DNA of 64,000 nt from Lytechinus pictus (taxonomy: Eukaryota), in the NCBI RefSeq assembly GCF_037042905.1, contig NC_087250.1:26600001-26664000 (forward strand). The letters run 5' to 3'. Under the pieces are notes generated by a model, which was given only the letters and a program-made list of their open reading frames with translations, did not search any database and had not been told where the DNA came from. The position numbers and the translations under genes are program-made. Of the stretch, positions 24,930-37,799 are shown one piece after another; position 1 is the first letter of the stretch, and every line of letters begins with the position of its first letter.

Positions 24930-27095
24930 TTGAGACCTTTGAACCAACTTGCATATATAATGAGCTGTGACCTTTGACCTTTGAATTTGAACTTAGCCTG
25001 TATTTTGGTGTCATCTACCTACACACCCAATTTTTTTTTAATCTGTTGAATATTCCATAAGTTATCATGCGGAAACAAACTCGTCTATTTAATGAGATGT
25101 GACCTTTGAACAGTGGACTCTGAATTCAAACTTAGCCTGTATTTTTGTGTCATCTACCTACACACCAAATACTTTTAAAATTCATTAGATATTTTTTGAG
25201 ATATTGCGTGGAAAAAAAACTCGCATATTTAATGAGCTGTGACCTTTTGACTCCAATTTTGAACTTAGCCTGTATTTTGGTGTCATCTACCTACACACCA
25301 AATATTTTTAAAATTCATTAGATGTGACCTTTGACCTGCGAAATTCTCCGTGCATTATTATTTTGTTCTTTCAAAATTCTATTTCGTTCCCACGAAATAC
25401 TCTTTCGTTCCCACGCAATATTATTTCGTTCCCATGCAATATTATCCCCCCTCTCTCTCCGATCCGCACCGGCCGTGTATAACACGCGCAGCATAGCAAC
25501 ATGCTTTGGTATGGTATGCGCTGATGTCTGAGGCTGATGATGATGGGGGTGATGATGACGGGGGTGATGATGATAGGGATGATGGGGTGATGATGATGGG
25601 GGTGTATAATGATAATGGGGGTGATGATGATGTTGGGGGGATGATGATGGGGGTGATAATGATGATGGGGGTGATGATGATGATGGGGGTGATGATGATG
25701 GGGGTGATGATGATGGTGGTGATGATGATGGGGATGATGATGATGATGGGATCATCACCCCTATCATCATCATCATCACCCGTATCATCATCATTCCCAT
25801 CATCATCACTCCCATCATCATCACCCCAATCATCATCACCCCCATCATCATCATCACCCCATCATCATAATCATCCCCATCATCATCACCCCCATCATCA
25901 TCACCCCCATTATCATCCATCCCATCATAATCATCACCCCCATCATCATCACCCCCATCATCATCATCACCCCCATCATCATCATCCCCATCATCATCAC
26001 CCCCATCATCACCCCCATCATCATCACCCCCATCATCATCACCCCCATCATTATCACCCCCAACATCATCATCACCCCCATCATCATCATCCTCAGACAT
26101 CAGCGCATACCATACCAAAGCATGATGCTATGCTGCATGTGTTATACACGGCCCGTGCAGATTGGAGAGGGGGGATAATATTGCGTGGGAACGAAATAAC
26201 ATTTCGTGGAAAAGAAATATTTTGTTGGAACGAAATAATATTGCGTGGGAACAAAATAATATTGCGTGGGAACGAAATGATATTGCGTGGGAACGAAATA
26301 GTAGTGCGTTGGAACGAAATAGTATTTCGAGGGAACGAAATAGTGTTTCGAGGGAACGAAATAGTATTTCGAGGGAACGAAATAATGCACGGAGATTTTT
26401 TTCTCCTTCATGTCACCTGGCGGGCTCTGTACATCTGCCTACACCTAATGAGCTGTGAACTTTGACCTACAGCAGACTCCGAATTCAAACGTAGCCTGTA
26501 TTTTGGTGTCATCTGCCTACACACCAAACATTTTAAAAATCCATTAAATATTTTTTTAGTTTTTGGGCGGAAACCAACTCGCATATTTAATGAGATGTGA
26601 TATTTGGACTCCAATTTCGAACATAGCCTGCATTTTGGTGTCATCTACCTACACACCGAATATTTTTAAAATTCATTAAATATTTTTCAAGTTATTGTGC
26701 GGAAACCAACTTGCATATCTAATGAGCTGTGACCTTTGACCTACATGCGGACTCCGAATTCAAACTTAGCCTGTATTTTGGTGTCATCTACCTACACACC
26801 AAACATTTTTAAAATCCATTAAATATTTTTCGAGTTATTGCGCGGAAACCAACTCGCATATTTAATGAGCTGGAAACCACCTTGCATATTTAATGAGCTG
26901 TGACCTTTGACCTGCAGACTCTGAATTCGAGCTTAGCCTGTATTTTAGTGTCATCTACCTACACACCAAATATTTTTGAAATCCATTAAATATTTTTCGA
27001 GTTATTGCTTGGAAACCACGTGGGGGGACAGACAGATGGACGGACAAGGGCAACGCTTAATGCCCCCTCCGGACTTCGTCTGTGGGGCATACAAA
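24930..27095 (+). mobile_element. HINE-like array of about 120-bp repeats with GACA/GACG microsatellite and 3' hairpin
   Basis: Repeated unit containing TATTTTGGTGTCATCTACCTACACACCAAA; same terminal hairpin as 24590-24621. Confidence 0.7.
25343..26430. mobile_element. Foldback element forming a spacer-less 1-kb palindrome with (GAT)nGGGG / CCCC(CAT)n core
   Basis: Arms mirror from TCTCCGTGCATTATT to AATAATGCACGGAGA, with 21-bp outer repeats, a unique segment and a microsatellite inverting at about 25750. Right end is GGGCTCTG|TA. Confidence 0.85.
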
Positions 27096-28409
27096 TCCTG
27101 AATTGTCATGTATCACGGGTGTACCAACTCACTATTACTTTTTTTTTTTTTCAACTGGCTACACTGTAAAAACTGTGGTGTTAAAACTGATACCAGTAGG
27201 TGTCTATAGAGGACCACACCCTGAAGTGCTAAAATTACACACTAGAGATTGAATGTCACACCAGCTAGTGTAAGTGTAACAACCAAGTGTTGTAATAACA
27301 CCTAACACTGTCAATTTAACACCGGTGTAAAATGACTGGTGTGTTCCTCTATGTACACCGGTTAACACCACAGTTTTTGTTGTGTATCAACCACTGCCCC
27401 CCTCCCTCAGGTCAACTATAATTGTTCCAGAATCTAGTTAAAGATTCCACATTTAAGTATGGAAATTGGTAGGTTCATGAGCTCCAAACCCATATTGTTA
27501 AGCTGAAGGTAAGCCAGCAAATCCAGCTTAATTATCCCAGCCCCATCACTGGTTTTGCCCCATTAAAAAAGGATTTAAAAAAATCCTTTAAAAAATTAAA
27601 AGGAGGGAAAAACAGTGACTTACTTCGGCTGTCACGCAACTCCCACTTCCCTGGTTTATTCAACTTAATAAATAAACATATGGCCATTGAGTTCCTGTAC
27701 AGATTAAATTAGAACTTCGGTCTCTGTATTTGGTGAGTGGAGACACAACGGAGTTCAGTGGAACAACCAATATAAGTTACAGGGACCAAAACTTTTGGTC
27801 TAGAGCCAGAGGTACACAGTCAATTAATTACACTGCTATAACAAGATCTATTCTCGAATAACAGAAGTGAGTCAATTTGACAGTCAGCATGCATGTATTA
27901 AACAATGTCGAGGATAGAACTTGCAACCCAAACACCGTAACACAGTTAATCCATGGCGATATGACCCGTTCCGCCTATTTGGAAACCGTATAAACCTAAA
28001 CGAAATTTAGGTTAGTCATTCGCCGGAACTCTCCGCATGCACTGTCAGCGTCACACCGCTAGAGACAGATAGAGCAGCCAAGGCAAGAGTATTCAAAGCA
28101 ATCACCGCAATATTTGTTGGCGATGTTATTACATACAAATATCGAATGAAGTGCATTAGATTGTAAATTCACGCCCGCAGTTATATAATTACTCCCTAAC
28201 ATTACATAACTGATATAGTACGATTCTTTCAATAATACTCACGTATTTTATGGAAAATTGATGGTACCGTGTACGGTACTGAATTGATTTTCTCGCACAA
28301 ACTCCCCATTCAGTGAGCGCGCGTACATTATATTTGCAATAGAACACTTTTTTTCGCGAACTTACCCGGCGAGTTACACGTTAAGCCCGAGTCGCTTTTA
28401 AGACCTTAA

Positions 28410-28563
28410 CAGACGAGGCTCTATCCCTTTAATCGTTGAACGCCAAACAGGGTAGCAGCAACTCCCATCTTTTAACGTCTTTTGGTCTGACGCAGCCGGG
28501 GTTTGAACCCCCAACCTCCCGGTTGTGAGACGGACGCTCTACCAACTGAGCCAACACATCGGT
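28410..28563 (-). mobile_element. tRNA-derived SINE (MetaSINE-like core), 3'-truncated
   Basis: A box TGGCTCAGTTGG and B box GGTTCAAACCC, then ACCAAAAGACGTTAAAAGATGGGAGTTGCTGCT...TTGGCGTTCA core. Confidence 0.8.
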
Positions 28564-28922
28564 TGTGTCTATATTGTCCGGGTGTCTTTTGCAATTCAAA
28601 TCTGCGTGCTATTTTTCTGAATTTTTGTGGGATAAGTTCGAGTCTGATGAGACACCGGGGTATTTATACCAAAGATTGCTTGCTTTTGTTGAATAAATAT
28701 TGTGTTTCCAGCTGGTAGGGGTATTAACCGGCGGTGATCTCGTCCTGAATGATGAAGACCTTTGTGCGACAATTGATTATTTCCTTGCTTTACAGCGTCT
28801 CTTAAACCTTAGATTTCGCAGGCTCATTGGTGTTATGAAATCAGGTGAAAGCTCTTGGGATGAGTATAGCAGACTTTAAACCTCATGGTTGTAGTCACAA
28901 TGCTACCCGGCGCAGTTCCGCC

Positions 28923-29119
28923 TGTGGTGATAACTGATAAAGGTCTGCAATCGTAGACTATACTATGCTATTACCTGTGACCACTTGTTCTGAGAAAGCT
29001 ATGGCTGCTACTAAGATGACGGAGTAGTGATGTAGCTCACCTAATAAATGTCTGTTGTAAATACGTTACAAAGAACTGCCTACTGGACTTTGTTTTATAT
29101 TCAACATAAGTTCTAACCA
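28923..29119 (+). repeat. Gypsy 5' LTR
   Basis: Direct repeat of 37293-37491 (4 substitutions and one 2-bp indel by eye); contains AATAAA. Confidence 0.97.
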
Positions 29120-29584
29120 TGGTGTCAGATCCTGCATTATTATGCTGAGTAACCCACCGAGCATTGAGATGGAGGAATCATTGAAATCAGGCCAGTTCAT
29201 TCCATTTTCTCCCTAACCCTCGTGAGGAGAGAGATGGTGAAAGACAAAGAGCTTAGTGTATTGTGTATCAGTGAATGACCATTGCAGTGTATGTTATGTC
29301 CATATAAGTTGGCTATGTCGTTGTATGGATTTGGAGTGCATGAATGTGCCTGGCCAAACTCCAGTATGACGGGCAGTTACCGTGACGTTTATTGGACATG
29401 AACTTTCTATCTCAGTGAGAGTAGTAATAATTGAGCGAACATAATTGTTGAAAAGATACAAATATGCTAATTATTATACTGTTCATGAGTATATGCACAT
29501 GTGATATGGTTTGTTAAAGTTAATAAAGTAAGACAAAGTTACTAACATTAACGATACACAGAGACAAAGAAAACAACAGACAAA

Positions 29585-30373
29585 ATGACAAATCTAAGTC
29601 AACCTCCTCCGCTTGACTTAAAGAGAAATATTTCTGAGAATTGGAAAAGATTCAAACAAAAATTCACTCCATACAATGTTGCCTCGGGAATGTCTGAAAA
29701 AGATGACAAGTCACAAACATTAATGCTTCTACACGTAATTGGTGATGCTGCCTTGGAATTGTATGATACATTTGTATTTGCCGAGGATGAGAGCATGGAG
29801 CTTGAGAAAGTGTTGAACAAATTTGAGGAATATTGCATGCCAAAACGTAATCTAACGTATGAGAGACATAGATTTTTCACAAGATCACAATTGGAGCATG
29901 AGAGTGTTGATCAGTATGCAACTGAATTGCGAAGTCGTGCACAGTCATGTGAGTTTTCTTCGTTGAAAGAGAGTCTTATACGGGACAGAATTATCTGTGG
30001 TATCTTTAATAGATGATGGTCTAAGAGAGCATTTGTTGAGGCTAGATGATCTCACATTGGATAAAACATTGCAAGAGTGTCGGGTGGCTGAACAAACTCG
30101 AAAGCAGGCCCAAGCGTTGAGTTCCACCGGTGAAAATGCCTCAATTCCGGTTAATTCTCTTAGCAAGAATAAGAAATCTCCTGGTAAAAAAGTCAAACCA
30201 AACAAGACAAACAAAACCTCAAGATCGTACTAACAATAAGACATGTACAAGATGTGGTAATAGACATACCAAAGAAAAGTGTCCTGCACAAGGTAAAACA
30301 TGTAAAAAGTGCGGTTAGCAAAATCGTTTTGTGTTGTCGTACCCCAGTAGCAAAAGTCAATGAATTGCAACAC
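29585..30373 (+). pseudogene. gag: Gypsy gag (frameshifted) with CCHC zinc-knuckle region
   Basis: ORFs 29585-30016, 29997-30233 and 30130-30318: ENWKRFKQKF, YERHRFFTRSQ, LIRDRIICG, CTRCGNRH...CPAQGKTCKKCG. Confidence 0.9.
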
Positions 30374-30377
30374 TAAA

Positions 30378-33300
30378 AATATACACACAAAGAAAATTCA
30401 CGAAAGTGATGATTATAGACAAATTATATATGAATGGAAAGGTCTTGTCTTTTTATACACAAATCTGTCACTAAAAAGTCTTATTGATGTCGTGGAAATG
30501 CAAGAAATGAAATTATTAGAGACCCTTCTCAGCCCCCCAGCCGCCCCCAGACAGACAATCACGCGATCGAAAACAGTCGAGAATAATGACGTCACATGAT
30601 CGACTCACTCAGCTCTCTGTACTGTGCAAGCCAACAGTACTCTGATAGCTGATTCACCTTCCTGGTCTCTATTTTTCTTCGAATTTACCGTTTTCTTTAT
30701 GTATTGTGATATCCGAATTCTGTTTTCGACAACTTCAGACTATAAGGGAACCAGAACTGTGTTACTTTGCCCGTTTTTTATTGAATTGTGAACTGGAAAG
30801 ATCGACTTTGTCCACTCGACAGTCTTCGTTGTGTTGCTCTACTAACTATTGAAAAACTCCAAGCTGCACGGTCCCATTCACTTGCTGCCGATGCATGTTG
30901 CAGGTTACGCTGTTTGATCCAGTCAAAAGTCAAGGTAAGCATGTTTGGAAACTGTACTTGTTTTGACGATGCATTCAGGTCAGATGACAGATAAAGGTCT
31001 GATATAAGTTTAGAATCATGCATTTTGGCATAACTACAATTGAAATTTAAAAGTCTTTATTTTAGAAATAATGTTTTTGCACAATTCCAGCAGATTTTTT
31101 CTTCAGATTTCTAAAACTGGTCAGGACTCAGGCAGGCGATTAAATTATTTAGGAGCACTGGTATGGACCATGGCTGAAAATCTGCTGTTTCAGAGGAATG
31201 TTTAAGTTTTTATTATACACAGAATTATATCACCATGATGCTGATGTCATGAAGCCAGACAAATTTTCAGCAGTGATTACCCTGATTCTTGGCCAAAATT
31301 AGAGTCTGGTGTTTCTTTCTGATTAGAGTGTTGCTGCATATATGTATGCATAATGCCTTCAACAATGAAGATAAATGCAATATTTGTAATGAAACAGAGA
31401 GCACCGTACACCTCAAGTGATGTTCGTGTAGTCTCCACTTCACTACTGCTACAGCCTACACTACGCTACACACCTACCCGGGTAGGTGTGGCGTACATGT
31501 ACGGTAGTGTAGCGGTAGTGAAGTGGAGTGGGGCCTACACAAACATCACTTGAGGTAGAGCACCAGTGTTCTGAGTGGAACTTTTCAGGTGTCTAAACCT
31601 ACTATAATTTGTTGTTGACCGGGAATTACATGCCACCGCACGTCATCAATCATCACGATAATTAAATTCATACTTTGATTTGATTATTTAAACTATTTCT
31701 TTTTTTCTCTCTTCTACACACAGATCTGCACACTTGCTGACTCTGGTGACTTCTGGTATCTGCTTGCTACCTCAATCTGGGAGATTCCATCATGTCCTTT
31801 TACTATGATTTGGATATAGCCATTTTTTTCTTCACTCTTTCCAGGACCTACGGTTTGCAAGTTGTGGACTGATTATGATACAAAAGAAAAAATTTCTTTA
31901 TCAATCTTGGAAAAAAATTTGAGCACAGTTTTGGAGAGAACTAAGAAATTTGACTTGGACAGGAATACAGCTTGTCAAAAATAATAACACACAATTTAAA
32001 ACAAAGGAACAATTTTAATGTTACTAGGGCATTTTGCGAGAAATTTTATACTCAATCACACGTCCAAAATCAAGTTCTTTGATTAAACACAAACATGTAG
32101 TTGAATTGCGATTGCAACTCGACCTTATTACGCTTGAATTTGAATTTAAGACTTACGCTTGATTTGCAATTGAACATAAGTTTCTTGCAGTGCCCCATAA
32201 TTATGTTTTGTTATCAGATATTTAACGTGCTGATTTTTCTCGAAAGGTATAATATATTTGTCCTTTTAAACGGTATTTGAATATGGGTACGCCTTTTATT
32301 TGTTTTCCACAATATTTATTGCATGTATGAACAGAAGTGAAATATTTTTTGTGAAGCACTGTGAATGTTGTGTGCTGTTGTGTGATGGTTTATCATTTTT
32401 GTTATAAGACTGAAAGCCTGGTGGATGTGAGGAAGTGGCCTGGATGAAAGAAAAGTGAACGTTTGTCCAATTACTGATTTGCATATTATAAGACAATTTT
32501 GTTTCTGGATAAATTTTGCTATGCATTCCCTACATTAAGAGTAAAGGAGAAGTCCACGCAATCAAAAATTCATTTGAATTTAAAGAAAAATAACAAGATA
32601 TATTGCAGGAAATTTCATAAAAACTTTGATTCAAATTTATATAATTACTATTTTAACAGTTCCGTAAATATAACCTATTGTGATCAGATGAAGAGTTTCC
32701 TATCGTCAAATCTGCAAAGAATAAAAAACAAAATGCCACAAAAAATAGAAACGAATGTGATGTGAGTGACAACTCTAATTTGCATATCATTGTTTTGTGT
32801 ATATGACTGTTTTGAGTAAAAACAACAAGGGAAATTACTCTATTCAAATAATTTTTAGTTGATGTGGACTTGACTTTTAACTCTACCCCTCCCATCCCAA
32901 ATAAGAGTAGAAATAATCTAATCAAGAACTTGAAAATCAAAAGCAGCAATTAGGAAGCAAGATTTGATAAATACGGGTCTGAATAGAATTTCACAAGAAA
33001 ATAAAAAGAGAAAAAAAGATGGGTAGGGACGGGGAAGGAATAAAAAAAAAATACCCAGAAAAAAAAATCCGAGTTTTGAACCAGGTTCCTCGCACATGAC
33101 AAAAAAATGGCCAAAGCATTTGGCCACAGACCATTACCCTATCGGAACGGCATTTTTAAGATATATGAAATAAAGTCCGCTCGCCGCTGTTGCCTAATAA
33201 TGATACGGCAATTCAACTGCAATTTCAGTCATTTCGCGATGGATATTGCCGTGTTTTTTTGTGGTTCCTGACTTTGCCTCTTAATGAAATTTCATAATTT

Positions 33301-33823
33301 TTGTTCAGTCATAAAGAAGAATGTCTATGCTTTATATTGATTATAATATTAATGTGACGCAAGTGTGATTTCTACGTGAAAATATGCTTTGTTTATTCAC
33401 ATATATTTCTTGAAGAAAAAAAAATTATAAGCTAAATATCGGTTACCAAAATACGTTAATTGAACACTTTTTTTCACTGTTCAATAAATGCAAACTTTTA
33501 TCTATATAACAAGACCAATCTTAAGAGGAATAAACAATTCTAAGAGCAAAAAACGCTGATTGGAAAGATCGTCTCCAATGGGCTGCTGTCAGCTCAGCTG
33601 CTTACTGCTCATTGTGTGACGTCACTCAGCTGGAGCTCGCAAGAGGACCGGTGGAAGGCAGAAATATGGCATGAAAATAAATCATTTTTGAGAGCTGATT
33701 TCTGCAAACTCTGATCACTATTTTGAAAAGTGAAGTTATATATCTGATTAGTAATACTTTCCCTTTACAATGATGACCACATAAAGTCATTATAAAATAC
33801 TTTTGATTCTTCGGGTGTATACT
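30378..33823. mobile_element. Non-autonomous TTAA-flanked DNA transposon (Kolobok-like) nested in the Gypsy element
   Basis: Imperfect TIRs AATATACACACAAAGAA / TTCTTCGGGTGTATACT, flanked by TAAA and TTAA. Removing it rejoins the gag-pol linker (KVNELQH-LKVDSDG). Confidence 0.75.
31410..31556. mobile_element. Palindromic MITE nested in the Kolobok-like element
   Basis: ACCTCAAGTGATGTT...AACATCACTTGAGGT ends and an almost fully self-complementary body; AGAGCACC occurs on both sides. Confidence 0.7.
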
Positions 33824-36800
33824 TTAAAGGTAGATTCAGATGGTTTCATGATTTGTTCAGTTGATTCACAGGAACATGAATCAAAGGAAGAGTGGAAAGT
33901 CAATTTGAGAGTAAATAATGAGCCAGTTGAGTTCAAGATAGATACTGGAGCTCAGGCTAATATCCTCCCTGAAACAATCTATCACAAATTGAAACCGAAA
34001 CCAAAACTACAAAAAGCCAAAGTGAAGTTAACAGGTTACTATGAGACAAACATTCCAGTAAAAGGTCGTTGTAATGTCTAAATGGAGTGTTCGATGCTTA
34101 ATCATTCCTGGAAATCGTCAACCATTGCTAGGTCTCAGGACGAGTGAAGAGTGGTATCTAGTAAAACGCGTCTATCATGTTGATAAACAAACAGAGATAA
34201 AAACAGAAAAAAAAACTGTAGTGCAAGATTATGACAATGTTTTTGTAGGATTGGGATGTCTTCCAGGCAAACACCACATCACATTGAAAGACAATGCACA
34301 ACCAGTTCAACATGCATGTCGCAAAGTTCCATTTCCAATTCAAAAGAAACTAAAAGAGGAGCTAGATAAGATGGAAAACATGGATGTAATCAAACAGGTT
34401 GATGAACCGACAGATTGGGTGTCTTCTCTTGGTGTAGTCAAGAAAAAGAATGGTCAACTCAGAGTCTGTCTAGATCCGCGTGATCTAAATCGAGCAATCA
34501 AAAGAGAACACTATAAATTGCCTTCTAGAGCTGAAATAACCTCTCAGTTTGCTGGAGCCAAGTATTTCAGTAAATTAGATGCATCAAGTGGTTTTTGGCA
34601 AATCCAACTTGATGAAGATAGTTCGAAGCTTGTACATTTATCACTCCATACGGAAGATATAGATTCTTGAGACTACCTTTTGGTATCTGTAGTGCTCCTG
34701 AAGTTTTTCACAAGATAATACATAACTTGTTCGTAATGTACCTGGTGTCAATACCATGATGGATGACATATTGGTATGATGAAGCACACAAGAAGAGCAT
34801 GACGATCGTCTGAGAAAAGTTCTAGACATCGCACAAAAATCAAACCTGAAACTCAATCGAGACAAGTGTGAGTTCAATGTGAACCAGATGACTTTCATTG
34901 GTGACTTGATCAGCCAAGATGGAGTCAGACCAGATCCTAAAAAGGTGGCTGCCATCAGAAACATGGCAAGACCAACCTGTAAACAGGACATACAAATGTT
35001 CTTGGGGATGATAAACTACCAAGCAAAATTCATTCCAAACCTGTCAACAAGGTCTGCACCTCTACACATATTGCTTGAAAAGAAAGTAGAGTGGATGTGG
35101 GGAAAATGAACAAGAAAAAGCGTGGTGCGAGCTGAAAGAAGCTCTAATGAGTCAACCAGTGCTTCATTTCTATGATTGCACAAAATCCACAAAGATATCA
35201 GCTGACGCTTCAAAAAATGGACTAGGAGCACTTCTTCTACAGCAACATGAGCAAAATTGGCATCCAGTAGCTTACGCATCAAGAGCTATGACTGATGCAG
35301 AAACACGTTACGCTCAAATAGAAAAAGAACTCTTAGCTATCACGTACGGATGTGAAAAATTTCATCAATATATCTATGATCAAAAGATAGAAGTTGAAAC
35401 AGATCACAAGCCACTTATTCCATTGTTTGTTAAGTCATTGGCAGATTGTCCTCTACGCATTCAAAGATTACTAATCAGAGTACAGAGATATGATCTCAAA
35501 GTGTCATATACACCTGGAAAGTACATGTTCACTGCTGATACACTGTCACGAGCAGTAGATCCAAAAGCAGAACTGAATGTTGAAACTAAAGAAAATATCA
35601 GAGTCTATGTAGATATGATAATACAAGCAATGCCAGTAACATCAAACAAAAGACAATAACTTGTTGAAGAGACCAAAAAAGATGTAGAACTTCAAGAGTT
35701 GCTAGCCACCATCAGAAATGGTTGGCCAGAAAGTAAGCAACAATGTCCAGCAAGAATAAAACAGTACTGGAACATTAGAAGTGAACTCTCTGAAGCAGAT
35801 GGAATCATCTTCAAAGGTTCTAAAATAGTAGTTCCAAATTCCATGAGACGATACATACTAAACCAAGTACACGAAGGTCACTTAGGCATTGAGAAATGTA
35901 AGGAACGTGCTAGGGAAGTAATCTATTGGCCCAGAATCAATGCAGGCATAACTGAAATGGTCCAAAATTGTACTTCATGCCTAATGTACAAACCAAAACA
36001 ACAGGCTGAAAGCCTAAATCCTCATGCCGTACCCAATCGTTCTTGGGAAAAAGTTGCCGTAGATCTATTCACTTTGAACAAAAGAGAATATATGGTCGTC
36101 GTCGACTACTACTCACAATACATTGAAGTATGTACTATGACTTCAACTACAAGCAAGGCCGTGATTAATCACATGAAAGCAATATTTGCTCGTCATGGTA
36201 CACCATGTGAACTGATGTCGGATAATGGTCCTCAATTTGCAAGCCAAGAATTCAAAAGCTTTGCAAAGGAATGGGATTTTCACCATACCACATCAAGTCT
36301 ACATTATCCACAATCAAATGGCCTCGCAGAAAATGCTGTGAAGATTGTCAAAAATATCATACTGAAGTCACAGCACAGTGGACAATATATCCACAGAGCT
36401 TTATAAGTCTATCGAAGTTCACCAATAGCATGCAGGAAATCTCCAGCAGAACTTCTGTACAATCGTCAGATTTAATAGGTCAAACCTTCCCATGCTTGAC
36501 ACATTGCTCAATAACCAACAGATTGATACTAAATCTGTGAGGGGAAGAAAGGATGAGCAGAAGGTGAAGCAAAAAGAGCGATTCGATAAACATGCTCGAG
36601 ACTTGCCAAAGCTAAAACCTGAGATCATGTGATACTCCAAGACATGAAAACTAATATCTGGTCACAACGTGGTATCATAAAGTCTGTCAATAATCATAAA
36701 GATCATACCGAATTGAAACAGCTACAAGCGAGATACGTCGCAGAAACAGACGTCACCTAAGGCCAGATCCGAGACACCAAGCCGAGTCTATTCCACTACC

Positions 36801-36933
36801 AACACAGGATGACTTCGAGCTAGATGACAGCACAGAAGGGGAACCAGCATCTGATGTTCGCGTATCTTTGTCATCATCCCGAATAACCAGAAGCGGACGA
36901 GTCGTTAAACCGCCAGATCGTTTAAACTTGTAA
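33824..36933 (+). pseudogene. pol: Gypsy pol: protease, reverse transcriptase, RNase H and integrase, with stops and frameshifts
   Basis: FKIDTGAQ (protease); LRVCLDPRDLN, KLDASSGFWQ and MMDD at 34756 (RT); ADASKNGLG, YAQIEKELLA, TDHKPL (RNase H); HEGHLG...CTSC, VAVDLF, SDNGPQF, SNGLAE (integrase). Confidence 0.95.
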
Positions 36934-37292
36934 ATAGAGGAAAGCGAACTAAACATAAAAACTTTCGCGTTTCGTTTTTTAAATAGCCATATTAGTTCAA
37001 AGATAAATTTAAAACTGTAAATGGTTTGAACTCTAATACAACCACATGATAACTGCATGGTTGCATGTGCATGATATAAATTTGCATGTTAAATTCAATC
37101 AGCAATACAGCATTGAATTTATCGCTATCATAGAAATATATATGAACTGTATTTGAAAGCGACAGTACTCCAGCTTTAAGGGGCAGAATAACCCCCTAGT
37201 ACTGTTGTATGTGTACAGGTAGTCCACCCTGTCACTGTGTAGTTTAAGAAGTATTATATATGTGTATATAAACCTCTTTAAAGAAAGGGAGG

Positions 37293-37491
37293 TGTGGTGA
37301 TAACTGATAAAGGTCTGCAAGCGTAGACTATACTATGTTATTACCCGTGACCACTTGTTCTGAGAAAGCTATGGCTGCTACTAAGATGACGGAGTAGTGA
37401 TGTAGCTCACCTAATAAATGTATGTTGTAAATACGTTACAAAGAACTGCCTACTGGACTTTGTTTTATATTCAACATATTAGTTCTAACCA
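37293..37491 (+). repeat. Gypsy 3' LTR
   Basis: Preceded by a polypurine tract and followed by TSD CCGCC. Confidence 0.97.
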
Positions 37492-37579
37492 CCGCCCAAA
37501 CCCTTCCAAGTCTCGGCCCCTCCATGTTCACGCCAGTCATCCTAATGACCATTTCTTTGAGTGTCTGTCCCTACCTCCT

Positions 37580-37720
37580 GTGGAGCGTTTCATGAAAGGA
37601 CTTGTCAGACGTTTTATCCGACAAGTCCTATTTCATCCGACAGTTACCATAGTAACATTGCTTATCTGCCAATCGAAATCAAGGAAAGATGTCAGATCTG
37701 ACAACATGTCGGACAAAAAT
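37580..37720. mobile_element. Small Harbinger-like MITE; related inverted copy at 60287-60420
   Basis: GGAGCGTTTCAT...ATGAAACGTTCC TIRs and shared TGTCAGATCTGACA palindrome. Confidence 0.65.
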
Positions 37721-37799
37721 GTTGATGAAACGTTCCCCCGGACTCCGACAGGCAATGCATGGCAAAGTACAGGCAAGTTGCTAATATTTTTTTTTATAG

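Larger units (their letters stand above)
28923..37491 (+). mobile_element. Full-length, decayed Ty3/Gypsy LTR retrotransposon (Mag-like)
   Basis: TG...CA LTRs at 28923-29119 and 37293-37491; CCGCC 5-bp TSD on both sides; PBS TGGTGTCAGA at 29120; PPT AAAGAAAGGGAGG at 37280-37292; domain order gag-PR-RT-RH-IN. Confidence 0.97.

Noticed and set aside
25318..26465. Long ORFs of 266 and 319 aa rich in His, Met, Asp and Gly
   Set aside because: Translation artefacts of a palindromic microsatellite; both strands give the same N-terminus.
28488..28563. tRNA gene
   Set aside because: A and B boxes are present, but the acceptor stem is not convincing and the sequence runs straight into a SINE core.
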